This document shows, one piece after another, positions 9,059 through 17,851 of a stretch of 64,000 nt of DNA (the first letter of the stretch is position 1; every line of letters begins with the position of its first letter). The translations under genes and the position numbers were made by a program. Source of the stretch: Minisyncoccota bacterium (GTDB lineage Bacteria > Patescibacteriota > Minisyncoccia > Phycocordibacterales > UBA9973); contig JBAZQY010000001.1 of the NCBI GenBank assembly GCA_041663185.1, positions 117,298-181,297 of the forward strand, read 5' to 3'. The notes under the pieces are model-generated. The model was not told the DNA's origin. It searched no databases and saw only the letters and a list, made by a program, of their open reading frames with translations.

Positions 9059-9718
9059 TTATGGAGTGTTATTTTCTAAACTAGGTGATAATGGCATCGA
9101 GACAGGATCGGGAATTACTGGATTTTGTATTTTTTCAATTAAACTATTTTTCTCATAAGAAAGCAGAGTTGGGTCGACACTGAATTCAACCTTGAAACTA
9201 ATTTTATTACTTTTATCTTTAACAATCTCAGAAAAAATTACATCTTTAAAAACTTGACCCTTTGGTGTATTAAAAGCATCGGCTTGCAGAGCAATTGATC
9301 GATAATCCCGAGCTAGCCCGTCAATCCGAACCACAAAACCTTTATCAGTAGTCATATGACTAAAACTTGTATATTGCACTGAGGGAATTGTAATTTCTCC
9401 GAGTCGGGTAAAAAGTGGAGTTAAAACAATATGATTATTTAAAATTTGCTTAGCGGTTTCTGTGCGTTTATTAAACAAACTTAATTCATCAACTGTTTCC
9501 TTTTCAAAAGTATCTCGGACCACAGCCAAAGATGATGAAAGTGATTCTTTGTGTTTAGTTAAATAATTTTTATAAACAAATAACCCAAGCGACCCGAGAG
9601 CAGAGACAACTAATAAGAAAATAGCAATAATCAATAAAAGACTTCTCGGTGCCTTATCTGACACAGCTGAGGTGATAGGCTTCTTGGGGATAAAAGATGT
9701 TTGAAATGAATTTTCCAT
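9059..9718 (-). CDS. pilN: PilN-like pilus biogenesis protein
   Basis: Bitopic protein with an N-terminal cytoplasmic tail and TM helix, immediately downstream of pilM. Confidence 0.5.
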   Translation of the reverse strand: MENSFQTSFIPKKPITSAVSDKAPRSLLLIIAIFLLVVSALGSLGLFVYKNYLTKHKESLSSSLAVVRDTFEKETVDELSLFNKRTETAKQILNNHIVLTPLFTRLGEITIPSVQYTSFSHMTTDKGFVVRIDGLARDYRSIALQADAFNTPKGQVFKDVIFSEIVKDKSNKISFKVEFSVDPTLLSYEKNSLIEKIQNPVIPDPVSMPLSPSLENNTP

Positions 9719-9727
9719 GTTATATAT

Positions 9728-10864
9728 TTATGACAATTGACGAAGGGCCAATCCTACCGCAACCGTAAACTCAGGGCCACTCGTTTCTAAAATTGGTTCT
9801 AGGAAGGCAGGAGCTTCTGTTTTTGCAAAAGGATTACCGTAAACAACTTCTGTATGAAAATTTTCCTTTGCCCGATCTAGTAAACCTTTTAATAAAGAAC
9901 CTCCTCCAACTAAAACAACTTTACTTATATTCTTATTATACTTCTTCTCATAAGCAAGCACAACACTATTCACATCAGAAAAAATATAGTCGATTGATAA
10001 ACGAGCAATATTCTCGACTCGTGCATCAATTTTGGCATCCAGCCCAACGGCGCGTTTTAATTTCTCAGCTTCTTCAAAAGTAACACTCAATGATTGAGAG
10101 ATGTTTCGACTGATATCTTGTGAACCTCGATTAATAACGTGGAAAACTCGGACAACTCCAGCTTCAACGATTGAAGCTTTGGTTTTCGAAGCTCCAAAAT
10201 CAAGGAGTAGGACTGGAGCCAAATCGCGATTAAATGATGAACGAATATTGCTGAAAATTTCCATTTCAAAAGAATCGGACTGTAATCCGGTCTTTTTTAA
10301 AATATCTTGATACTTTGATAATGTATCATTATGAATTGCAACGACCAAAATTTCTATCTTGGTTTGAACATTATTCTGATTAGTTTCATCGCTTTCAACT
10401 GATTCGACTTCTTGAGGAATTAAGAACCAATCGAGAGTAACTTCAGAAATTGGCACAGGAATATATTTACGCGCCTCAATCGGTACAATTTTTGATAATT
10501 GACTTTCTTCAACTTTACTAGGAAGCGAGATAGTAAAAATTAAACTCGAAAGTGATGGAATCGAGATGACTGCTTGCTTGGTGGTAACATTGGCTTCTTT
10601 GATGACATCAAGTAAAGCTTTAGAGATATCTTCGGTTGGTAAATTTGTGACTGTCCCTACATCAGTTTTCCCATAAGGACCCAAGGAAAGAATGCCATAC
10701 GTCTCAAGCACCGCTTTACCGTTTTTCTTTTTTAGTTGCACAACTTTTATGGCTGAGGATCCAATGTCTATACCAAGTATTTCTTTGTTGGATTTATCAG
10801 AATTAAAAACATTCGATAAACTAGCAAACCCTTCAGAAATTATTTTTTTTAGTGAATTATCCAT
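9728..10864 (-). CDS. pilM: PilM, actin-like ATPase of the type IV pilus
   Basis: ILGIDIGSSAIKVVQL... and an FtsA/actin fold signature. It is the first gene of the operon. Confidence 0.8.
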   Translation of the reverse strand: MDNSLKKIISEGFASLSNVFNSDKSNKEILGIDIGSSAIKVVQLKKKNGKAVLETYGILSLGPYGKTDVGTVTNLPTEDISKALLDVIKEANVTTKQAVISIPSLSSLIFTISLPSKVEESQLSKIVPIEARKYIPVPISEVTLDWFLIPQEVESVESDETNQNNVQTKIEILVVAIHNDTLSKYQDILKKTGLQSDSFEMEIFSNIRSSFNRDLAPVLLLDFGASKTKASIVEAGVVRVFHVINRGSQDISRNISQSLSVTFEEAEKLKRAVGLDAKIDARVENIARLSIDYIFSDVNSVVLAYEKKYNKNISKVVLVGGGSLLKGLLDRAKENFHTEVVYGNPFAKTEAPAFLEPILETSGPEFTVAVGLALRQLS

Positions 10865-10918
10865 ATTAAATCCTTTTAATCAGTATTCATTATAACATAT
10901 ATATTGTAAAATAAAGAA

Positions 10919-11590
10919 ATGAAATCATTCCCATACCTCAAATCAATTAAAAAATTTCTATTGGATATTTTATTTCCAGCAAAATGTACAGGTTGCCGGA
11001 CAAAAAATGAAATTCTGTGTGATAATTGCATATTAAAAATACGCCCAGCCGAGAGAGAAACAGAAAGAGATATCATCGCTGTCTTTGATTATAGAGACCC
11101 AGTGATCAAAAAGGCTATCTGGGAATTAAAATACTATCATAAGCGTTATTTGGGAGAAAAAATGGGGCAATTATTGTATGAATCTTTAATTGAAGAGATT
11201 GCCGATTTAAAAACTGAAGTCGCGGGCCGATCTATCTATGTTGTCCCTGTACCTATTTCAAAAAAGAAAACACATGCTCGAGGATATAATCAAGCCCTTA
11301 TCATTGCCCGGGGATTTTGTCATTTCGGAGAACCTGGAGTTTTAGAATTAAAAAATAATCTGGTTATTAAAAAAATCGAAACCACCCCGCAAGCAAAAAT
11401 TACAAATAGGAAAAGACGCTTGCAGAATGTTCGAGGAGTTTTTGAAACGATAAATCCTGATTTAATTCGTGGCCGAACTATCATCATTATTGATGATGTC
11501 ACAACCACCGGAGGAACAATATCTGAGATTATAAAAATTCTTAAAAAGGCTGGAGCCAAAAAAGTTATCGGCTTCACTGTGGCGCATTAG
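10919..11590 (+). CDS. comFC: ComF family phosphoribosyltransferase (competence protein ComFC-like)
   Basis: N-terminal Cys4 region (CTGCRTKNEILCDNC) and a PRTase motif IIIIDDVTTTGGT. It is divergent from the pilus operon. Confidence 0.75.
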   Translation: MKSFPYLKSIKKFLLDILFPAKCTGCRTKNEILCDNCILKIRPAERETERDIIAVFDYRDPVIKKAIWELKYYHKRYLGEKMGQLLYESLIEEIADLKTEVAGRSIYVVPVPISKKKTHARGYNQALIIARGFCHFGEPGVLELKNNLVIKKIETTPQAKITNRKRRLQNVRGVFETINPDLIRGRTIIIIDDVTTTGGTISEIIKILKKAGAKKVIGFTVAH

Positions 11591-11597
11591 GGTCAGG

Positions 11598-11629
11598 GCA
11601 TGAAAATTTTTAATTAAAAATTTTCATGC
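11598..11629. promoter_or_regulatory. 32-nt perfect AT-rich palindrome (candidate operator or terminator)
   Basis: gcatgaaaatttttaa|ttaaaaattttcatgc lies between the comFC stop and the ATP-grasp gene start. tattatac follows it. Confidence 0.4.
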
Positions 11630-11641
11630 TATTATACATAT

Positions 11642-12832
11642 ATGAAAAAAAATAAAAACTATTGTCCAGATTGCGGGGGAGCTCAAACTATTCATTTTGT
11701 CGCTTATGTCTCTGTGTTGCTAGGTGCATTATTCGAACCTTGGACAAATTGGATAGGTAAAGTTATTCCTGAATCATCTTTCGATTGGTTGGGACCAACT
11801 TTGACAAAAATTTTAACTTTTTTAAAACTCGGTAAAATAACTTATGAACCAAAAGAAGATGATAGTGGCCGAACTCGAGTTCTTTGGGAAGAAGCCATTA
11901 AAAGAGGTATCAAAATGTATGAGTTTCGTTTATTTGGAATTGGCCACGATATTTTTGTTTCAGAATACAAAGGACATAAAAGATTTTTTGATGTTTTACC
12001 CCGTCCAGATAAATACAATCCCAAGGGTTTGGAATGGATGGATGATAAAGGTAAGATGAAAAAACATTTCAAAAAAGCAGGAATTAAAGTTGCAAATGGT
12101 AGAGTTGTCCACTCTGTCCGAAAGGCTTTAAAAGTTTTTAACTCTCTAGAAAAACCAGTCATTACTAAGCCAAATTTGGGTTCAAGGAGTCGCCATACTA
12201 CAACTCACATAAGTGATAAAAAAGAATTTATTATTGCTTTCAAGAAAGCTCGCCAACTTTCCCCTTGGGTGATGATTGAAGAGGAACTTTCTGGGTATGT
12301 TTTCAGGGGGACATTAATTGGTGGGAAATTAATCGCCGTTCTGCGTCGTGAGCCAGCTTATGTGATCGGTGATGGAATTCATAATGTAAAAGAATTAATT
12401 GAAATTGAAAATAAAAATCCCCTACGCACTGGTCCAATTTTCCATCAATTAAAATTAGACAGTGAAGCAATCAAAGAATTAACTCACTTTGGTCACACGG
12501 AAAATACAATCCCTAAAAAAGATGAAATCATAACTCTCGGACAAAAGACCAGCCGATCTGTCGGCGGAGGAATTACTGACATGACCGATATCGTCCACCC
12601 CGATAATAAAATATTATTGGAAAAAGTCGCAAAAGTTCTCGATGACCCACTGATCGGTGTAGATTTTATCATGGATGATGTCGCTATCTCTTGGCGTGAC
12701 CAACCAAAATGTGGAGTTATCGAATGCAACAGCGCTCCGTTCATTGACCTACACAGCTTCCCTCTTGTCGGCCGTCCTCACAACGTCGCAAGCGCCCTTT
12801 GGGATATTGTTTACCCAGATTCAAAAACGTAA
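11642..12832 (+). CDS. ATP-grasp domain ligase (RimK / cyanophycin-synthetase-like) with an N-terminal Cys motif
   Basis: CPDCGG at the N-terminus. The central and C-terminal regions resemble an ATP-grasp fold (…GKLIAVLRREPAYVIGDG…, …VGGGITDMTDI…). Confidence 0.5.
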   Translation: MKKNKNYCPDCGGAQTIHFVAYVSVLLGALFEPWTNWIGKVIPESSFDWLGPTLTKILTFLKLGKITYEPKEDDSGRTRVLWEEAIKRGIKMYEFRLFGIGHDIFVSEYKGHKRFFDVLPRPDKYNPKGLEWMDDKGKMKKHFKKAGIKVANGRVVHSVRKALKVFNSLEKPVITKPNLGSRSRHTTTHISDKKEFIIAFKKARQLSPWVMIEEELSGYVFRGTLIGGKLIAVLRREPAYVIGDGIHNVKELIEIENKNPLRTGPIFHQLKLDSEAIKELTHFGHTENTIPKKDEIITLGQKTSRSVGGGITDMTDIVHPDNKILLEKVAKVLDDPLIGVDFIMDDVAISWRDQPKCGVIECNSAPFIDLHSFPLVGRPHNVASALWDIVYPDSKT

Positions 12833-12838
12833 AAATAA

Positions 12839-12929
12839 CCAGCATATATAAAAATTTATGAGTAGGTGTGGGCGCGCCGGAGCCCGAAGGGCGTAGAGGG
12901 ATAAGCGAATAAATTTTTATATATACTGG
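12839..12929. repeat. Palindromic repeat element with conserved GC-rich core, copy 1 of 3
   Basis: ccagc-atatataaaaatttat-GAGTAGGTGTGGGCGCGCC...GGGATAAGCGAAT-ataaatttttatatat-actgg. Related copies are at 21805..21905 and 31511..31608. Confidence 0.8.
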
Positions 12930-12960
12930 CTATTTTTTGATTACCAAGAATTATTTTTAT

Positions 12961-13494
12961 TTATTTTTTACTCTGGTCAATAGTAATTTCCGAATCGGGA
13001 GCGATGTTCACGTCTGGTCTCAAATGTGAAATATGTTTACGTTGGACGATATAATCACCTAAAAATTTCTTAAAATCATCTATCCGAGCCTGTTCATCCA
13101 TTTCAGTAAAATGAGCAAGCGGTTTACTCTCAGGAGTATATTCATAATGCCCCCTTATTTCTCCATCTCGAAAAACTCGAATGTGGTATTGGTAATCAAA
13201 ATTTTCTAATTTACGCCAAGAGAGAACTTGTGATTTATCTGTCCAAGCCACGAAGTGGTTTCCAAAATTCCATTCATTATGTAAATGCTTTTCTAAATCT
13301 TTTAAATTTTTTCCAGGAGCAAGCCAGCCAATATGATAAGGCTGACGGCCCTTTTCATGCCAAGCTAAGTGCCATTTTAAAAAATGTTTTTGCAACCATG
13401 GAAACACTGGGTAAATATGCCGCCAGATACTTTTCTTAATTCTTTGGTTGAGTGTTAGTTTGATTATTTTATTCATAATAAATACTTTTTTCAA
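12961..13494 (-). CDS. Hypothetical protein
   Basis: 177-aa ORF with no recognisable motif. The likely start is the internal ATG (MNKIIKL). Confidence 0.4.
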   Translation of the reverse strand: MKKVFIMNKIIKLTLNQRIKKSIWRHIYPVFPWLQKHFLKWHLAWHEKGRQPYHIGWLAPGKNLKDLEKHLHNEWNFGNHFVAWTDKSQVLSWRKLENFDYQYHIRVFRDGEIRGHYEYTPESKPLAHFTEMDEQARIDDFKKFLGDYIVQRKHISHLRPDVNIAPDSEITIDQSKK

Positions 13495-13656
13495 TAATAC
13501 TTTTCGCTACGTAGCTTTCTAATTTATTCGACATTACCGTAAAAATTAATATATTGACGACAATACATACTGCGACAAACATCCAATATTTATTAAAAGT
13601 AAACTTCATGCTCTATATAATAACATTAAAAAAGAAAATTATTAAATAAAAAAATG

Positions 13657-13684
13657 TCGCCTCCTGGTGGGCGACATTAAATCT
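13657..13684. terminator. Terminator hairpin downstream of the DksA/TraR-like gene
   Basis: atgtcgcc-tcctggtg-ggcgacat is an 8-bp stem in an A/T context. Confidence 0.5.
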
Positions 13685-13707
13685 TAAAATCTTATTAACA
13701 TCCAGTT

Positions 13708-14130
13708 TCACTTCTGGTTAAGCTTGGCTTCAACGCTAAGCGTGGCATGCGGTACACTCTTCAGCCTTTCCTTGCAGATCAGCTTCCCGGTTACCCTGCA
13801 AATGCCATAGGTTTTATTCTCTATGCGCAATAAAGCGTTCCCGAGATTGTTGATGAACTTCTGCTGGCGTCCAGCCAGACGGCTGTTCTCTTCTTTGGAC
13901 ATGACCTGGTATCCCTCTTCAAGGATCTTGAATGTTGGCGAAGTGTCATTGGTTCCATGCTCTCCGCCGGGATCTTGGTATGCCTCCATCAGCAATTTCA
14001 GATCTTCATTGGCTGTTTCAAGTTTGCTCATAATAAGCTCCTTGAATTCCTCGAGTTCCTCGTCTGAGTACCTTGTTTTTGTTCTTGGCTCCTCTGCTGT
14101 GGCCACGCTGTGACCATTTAATTTTCCCAT
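13708..14130 (-). CDS. DksA/TraR-family C4-type zinc-finger protein (degenerate finger)
   Basis: Coiled-coil N-terminus and ...GICRVTGKLICKERLKSVPHATLS..., which resembles the DksA/TraR C-terminus. The gene sits in a ~50% GC island that contrasts with its ~30% GC surroundings. Confidence 0.55.
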   Translation of the reverse strand: MGKLNGHSVATAEEPRTKTRYSDEELEEFKELIMSKLETANEDLKLLMEAYQDPGGEHGTNDTSPTFKILEEGYQVMSKEENSRLAGRQQKFINNLGNALLRIENKTYGICRVTGKLICKERLKSVPHATLSVEAKLNQK

Positions 14131-14381
14131 TCTGTCTTGTGTTTTAAAGGTTAGTTATTTCAGTTCGTTTCTGGGGGGAAATTAAAAAAAAATATAATTA
14201 ATAATGAACTTTGGGCTTTTACTTTTGTGGTTATTATACACAAGAGATGATAATTGTCAATGCGGAGGCACTTGTGTTAGGACTTATCACCGACAAGCCC
14301 TGTGATGTTTTTTTTAATAATTCCATATTATCATAACGACGTATCTCGTGCGAATTTCAAAATTGTAAGAAAACAAAAAAT

Positions 14382-15239
14382 ATGTATAATTCAAGTATGA
14401 TAATATTGTCCTATATATTTTATTTTCTTGTAGCAACAATCGCTCCAATTCAACGTCGTTGGCTTTCAGTAAAAAATGAAGGTGGAAATAAAATCGATCT
14501 TTCTTTTAAGGTTACTCTCGTTTCTTCTTTATTAATTCTAATTCTTCCTTTATTTTCTCCTTTCGAATTACATGGTTCATGGTTAAAAATAACATTACTT
14601 TTAATTGCTTCCAGCGTTGGTGGAATGGGTTACTATATAAGCTATTTTACAGCACAAAGACACGTTGAAGCTGGAGTAACTTCTGTTCTTGGTAATACTT
14701 ATGTCCCTATTACTATTTTATTAAGTACTGTGTTTCTTGGAGAAGGACTTAAGGGATTGCAAATAATTGGGGTATTGCTTCTAATTACTGCAATGGTTAT
14801 TGTTTCAAAAAAACACAAGATAGGAAAAATGAAATATGATAAATATTTTTGGTTAATGATATTTAGCGGAATTTCACTATCAATACTTTTGGTCGCCAGT
14901 CGTGAATTAATGAAAATTACAGGATTTACAGCATCTCTTATACTAAGTTGGTGGGCTATATGTATAGGGCTTGGAATTCTTGCTTTCTTTTCAAAAGGAA
15001 AAACTACTTATACTAAAAAAGATCTGGTTATTACTGGATTTTTAAAATTTATTCAAGATCTTTCTTGGGGGATGCTTACTTTTTTCGTAGCCAATTTAAG
15101 TTTAGTCTCATCAATAACAACATTTAAAGTAGTTATCATGTTTATAGTTGCTGCAATTTTCTTAAAAGAGAAAGATGGAATTTGGAGAAAAATTTTTGGA
15201 AGTTTAATAGCCGTAATTGGTTTACTTTTGATGAGATAA
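14382..15239 (+). CDS. DMT-superfamily (EamA-like) permease
   Basis: 285 aa with ~10 predicted TM helices in a duplicated EamA-like arrangement. Confidence 0.6.
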   Translation: MYNSSMIILSYIFYFLVATIAPIQRRWLSVKNEGGNKIDLSFKVTLVSSLLILILPLFSPFELHGSWLKITLLLIASSVGGMGYYISYFTAQRHVEAGVTSVLGNTYVPITILLSTVFLGEGLKGLQIIGVLLLITAMVIVSKKHKIGKMKYDKYFWLMIFSGISLSILLVASRELMKITGFTASLILSWWAICIGLGILAFFSKGKTTYTKKDLVITGFLKFIQDLSWGMLTFFVANLSLVSSITTFKVVIMFIVAAIFLKEKDGIWRKIFGSLIAVIGLLLMR

Positions 15240-15258
15240 TTTAAATTTTTATTAATTG

Positions 15259-15345
15259 CGGATGGGGTGAGATTCGAACTCACGGAACCGGTTAGGGTTC
15301 GGCGGTTTAGTAAACCGCTGCCTTAAGCCTCTCGGCCACCCATCC
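15259..15345 (-). tRNA. Class II tRNA (Ser-like, long variable arm) with an apparent anticodon ACU (non-canonical)
   Basis: Cloverleaf on the minus strand: acceptor GGATGGG/CCCATCC, T-arm GTGAG-TTCGAAT-CTCAC, a ~19-nt variable arm, and anticodon arm GCGGT-TTACTAA-ACCGC. Confidence 0.6.
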
Positions 15346-15364
15346 CTAACTAGCTCATGTTACT

Positions 15365-16384
15365 TTAAATTTTAAATTTTTCCAAGTGTTTTGGGTTATT
15401 TGTTCCAACAATACTTAAATATCTTTTTACCTGCGTTTTAGAATTTATTCTAACATCCACCCCCTTAGTCAAAACACATTTTATATTAAGATCTTTTAAA
15501 GTATCCAAAACAAATTGCAGGAGAGGTATTGATCTATTGGTAAACGCAATTTTTTTATAAAAATATTTTTTTTTATTTACAGAATAAATATTTTTATAAA
15601 AACAACCATCTGTATCAATGAGTCCTCTTAAACAGGCAATTCTATATTTCTTATTATTGAGAATCCATTGTGGCACTTCAATTTGATTTTTAACTTTATT
15701 TCCAACTATCAAGCCGAGAGCCTTTAAATAATCAACTAGTTCTACCCTAGATACTTGGATTACTGCAACTGATTTTCTTATTGGGTCATTCAAATATGTA
15801 TAAATTGATGGTTTAATTTTAAATAATTGACATATTAAATCTGAAACAAATTTAATATATTTTTTATCTGTATTTCTATTTAAAGTTATTTTAACCATAT
15901 ACTTTGACAATCCACCATCTCCAAGCATTATTCCGATGAATTCCGCAAGATTCTTCGATTTCTTTATTTTGTATATAGACTTTCGAACATTTATAATTGG
16001 ATGACTACCAAAACGCCCTTTTGAATTCCACCACTTCTCCCAAGCAATTTTCCTTTTTTCTAAATTACCTCCTACAGTAGAGTTTTTTAAGACATTATTT
16101 CTTCCACCCTTACTACTAATAATTTTTAAATGTTCATTAAAAGATACAATTTTTTCTATTTCGGGAATTCTAACTTTGTATTGATGACTCAATCCCTTAA
16201 CTGTTTCAAAGGGTAATCGTGTTACTCCGCTTCTCCAATCACGCAAAGTTCTAGATGAAACACTTAATAATTTTGCAAAATCATCAAATTCTTTTTTAGA
16301 TTTATATATTAAATTTTGAACAAATTCAGTCTGTTCTTTTTTATTTTTAAAAACTATTCTTTTATATATAAACCTCTTATCCAT
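15365..16384 (-). mobile_element. Free-standing LAGLIDADG-family homing endonuclease-like ORF with an N-terminal HTH
   Basis: Two LAGLIDADG-like motifs are present (LAEFIGIMLGDGGL and LRGLIDTDGCF). The N-terminus ...LLSVSSRTLRDWRSG... is HTH-like. The ORF sits between two divergent tRNA genes. Confidence 0.65.
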
Positions 16385-16444
16385 TCTTCCATTATATACT
16401 TATGCTAGAAAAATCTCAATAATAATGATAGATTACAGATATAG

Positions 16445-16531
16445 GGAGCCGTGTCAGAGTGGTCTAACGTACCTCTTTGCTAAAGAGGCAGGGTGTAAAA
16501 GCCCTCACAGGTTCGAATCCTGTCGGCTCCG
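16445..16531 (+). tRNA. tRNA-Ser (anticodon GCU)
   Basis: Acceptor GGAGCCG/CGGCTCC, anticodon arm CCTCT-TTGCTAA-AGAGG, a long variable arm, and T-loop TTCGAAT. Confidence 0.8.
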
Positions 16532-16557
16532 CAATTGTTTATGCTATAATACACTAC

Positions 16558-17298
16558 ATGGATGAAATAGAAAAATTAAAAAAGGAAGTTGAGCGAGTAA
16601 AAAAAATCAGTGAAACAAAATCGGATATTATATCTATTACTGCTCATCAACTCCGCACATCACTATCGGCTCTTAAATGGATTTTAAAAATGTTTATCGA
16701 TGAAGATGTCGGTAAACTCAATAATGAACAAAATGAATTAATAAAAAAAGCATATAACAGTAACGAAAGAATGCTTCTGCTTGTGAATGATTTACTAACT
16801 CTCAATCATAGTGAAGATGCTTCCATTCCTTATAAATTTAAAAAGATAGATATCATTTATCTTATAGAGCAAACTCTATTTGAATTCTCCGGTGAAACAA
16901 ATAAGAAAGAAATTGAATTAATCTTTCTTAAGCCAGATATGCAAATACCACTCATTAACTGTGATGAGCAAATGATTCGTGTTGTTTTCCAAAATTTAAT
17001 TGAAAATGCTATTAAGTATAGTAATAAAGATGGGAAAATTTTCATCTCCGTCGGGCAAAAGGACAACAATGTTCAAATTTCTGTTCATGACACAGGTATT
17101 GGAATTAAAAATGAAGATAAGGAAAATATTTTCAAAAAATTCTTTAGATCACCAAATGCTATTGAGAAAGATGCAATCGGTTCAGGATTGGGATTATTCA
17201 CAACCAAAAATATTATTGAGAAGCATAATGGTAAAATCTGGTTTGAAAACGGCGAAGGAGGAGGAACAACATTTTTTGTTGTATTGCCTATTACTTAA
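16558..17298 (+). CDS. Sensor histidine kinase, cytoplasmic (HisKA + HATPase_c, no TM)
   Basis: H-box ITAHQLRTSLSAL. N, G1 and G2 boxes are present (NLIENAIKYS, HDTGIGI, GSGLGL). The listed ORF start at 16477 overlaps the tRNA, so the start was moved to MDEIEKL. Confidence 0.75.
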   Translation: MDEIEKLKKEVERVKKISETKSDIISITAHQLRTSLSALKWILKMFIDEDVGKLNNEQNELIKKAYNSNERMLLLVNDLLTLNHSEDASIPYKFKKIDIIYLIEQTLFEFSGETNKKEIELIFLKPDMQIPLINCDEQMIRVVFQNLIENAIKYSNKDGKIFISVGQKDNNVQISVHDTGIGIKNEDKENIFKKFFRSPNAIEKDAIGSGLGLFTTKNIIEKHNGKIWFENGEGGGTTFFVVLPIT

Positions 17299-17321
17299 CT
17301 AATATAGTATAATATCCTCGT

Positions 17322-17687
17322 ATGAAAAAAGTACTTATAATCGAAGACGACAGTTTCCTGCAAGGACTTGAGGCTGGCAAATTAAAAAAGGAAGGCTATG
17401 AGATAGTGACAGCTTCGACCGGTGAAGAAGCCATGAAGAAAATTACCGACCCTGAGATAAATATAATTCTCTTGGATTTAATTCTTCCGGGAATTGATGG
17501 CTTTGAAGTCCTTCAGAAAATCAGATCGACTGAGGCGTCAAAAAATATTCCAGTCATTGTCTTTTCAAACTTGTCTGAAGAAAAAGATATCAAAAAATCC
17601 AAAGAACTCGGAGCAACTGATTTTATGGTCAAATCAAATTTCACTCTAGATGAGCTCGTCGAACACGTCAAAAAAACTCTAAAATAA
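17322..17687 (+). CDS. Standalone response-regulator receiver domain
   Basis: KVLIIEDD...DLILPGIDGFEVL...K receiver signature, directly downstream of the kinase. Confidence 0.75.
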   Translation: MKKVLIIEDDSFLQGLEAGKLKKEGYEIVTASTGEEAMKKITDPEINIILLDLILPGIDGFEVLQKIRSTEASKNIPVIVFSNLSEEKDIKKSKELGATDFMVKSNFTLDELVEHVKKTLK

Positions 17688-17688
17688 A

Positions 17689-17712
17689 ATCCGCCTGATG
17701 GCGGTTTTTTAT
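17689..17712 (+). terminator. Intrinsic terminator
   Basis: ccgcc-tgat-ggcgg followed by tttttt. Confidence 0.6.
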
Positions 17713-17851
17713 TATATGTTATAATTTAAGAGTATGAAAAAAGAACTCAGCAAAAAACATGCGATAATTCTTCTTATTATTTTTATTGCTATTGGTGGAC
17801 TTATTTTATACAAAGAAGATCCCAGTCATAATAATTTTTCTCCCTTAGATT

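Noticed and set aside
12858-12896. 12-codon ORF (MSRCGRA...) inside the conserved core of the 3-copy repeat element
   Set aside because: Length is conserved in all three copies, but the changes between copy 1 and copies 2/3 look like paired indels rather than codon-wise substitutions. There is no RBS or protein-like signal, and 12 aa is below any confidence threshold.
12858-12910. Possible hammerhead/twister-type ribozyme in the repeat core (…UAUGAG…CGAAGC…)
   Set aside because: It lacks the invariant CUGAUGA and GAAAC hammerhead boxes. I could not match any ribozyme consensus from memory. It remains just 'possible structured RNA'.
13495-13632. 46-aa minus-strand ORF (MKFTFNKYWMFVAVCIVVNILIFTV...) upstream of gene 12961..13494
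   Set aside because: It is short and hydrophobic, with no supporting evidence. It may equally be leader or promoter sequence.
16477-16557. ORF start of the histidine kinase at 16477
   Set aside because: It overlaps the tRNA-Ser(GCU) gene. The internal Met at 16558 (MDEIEKL) gives a normal HisKA start.
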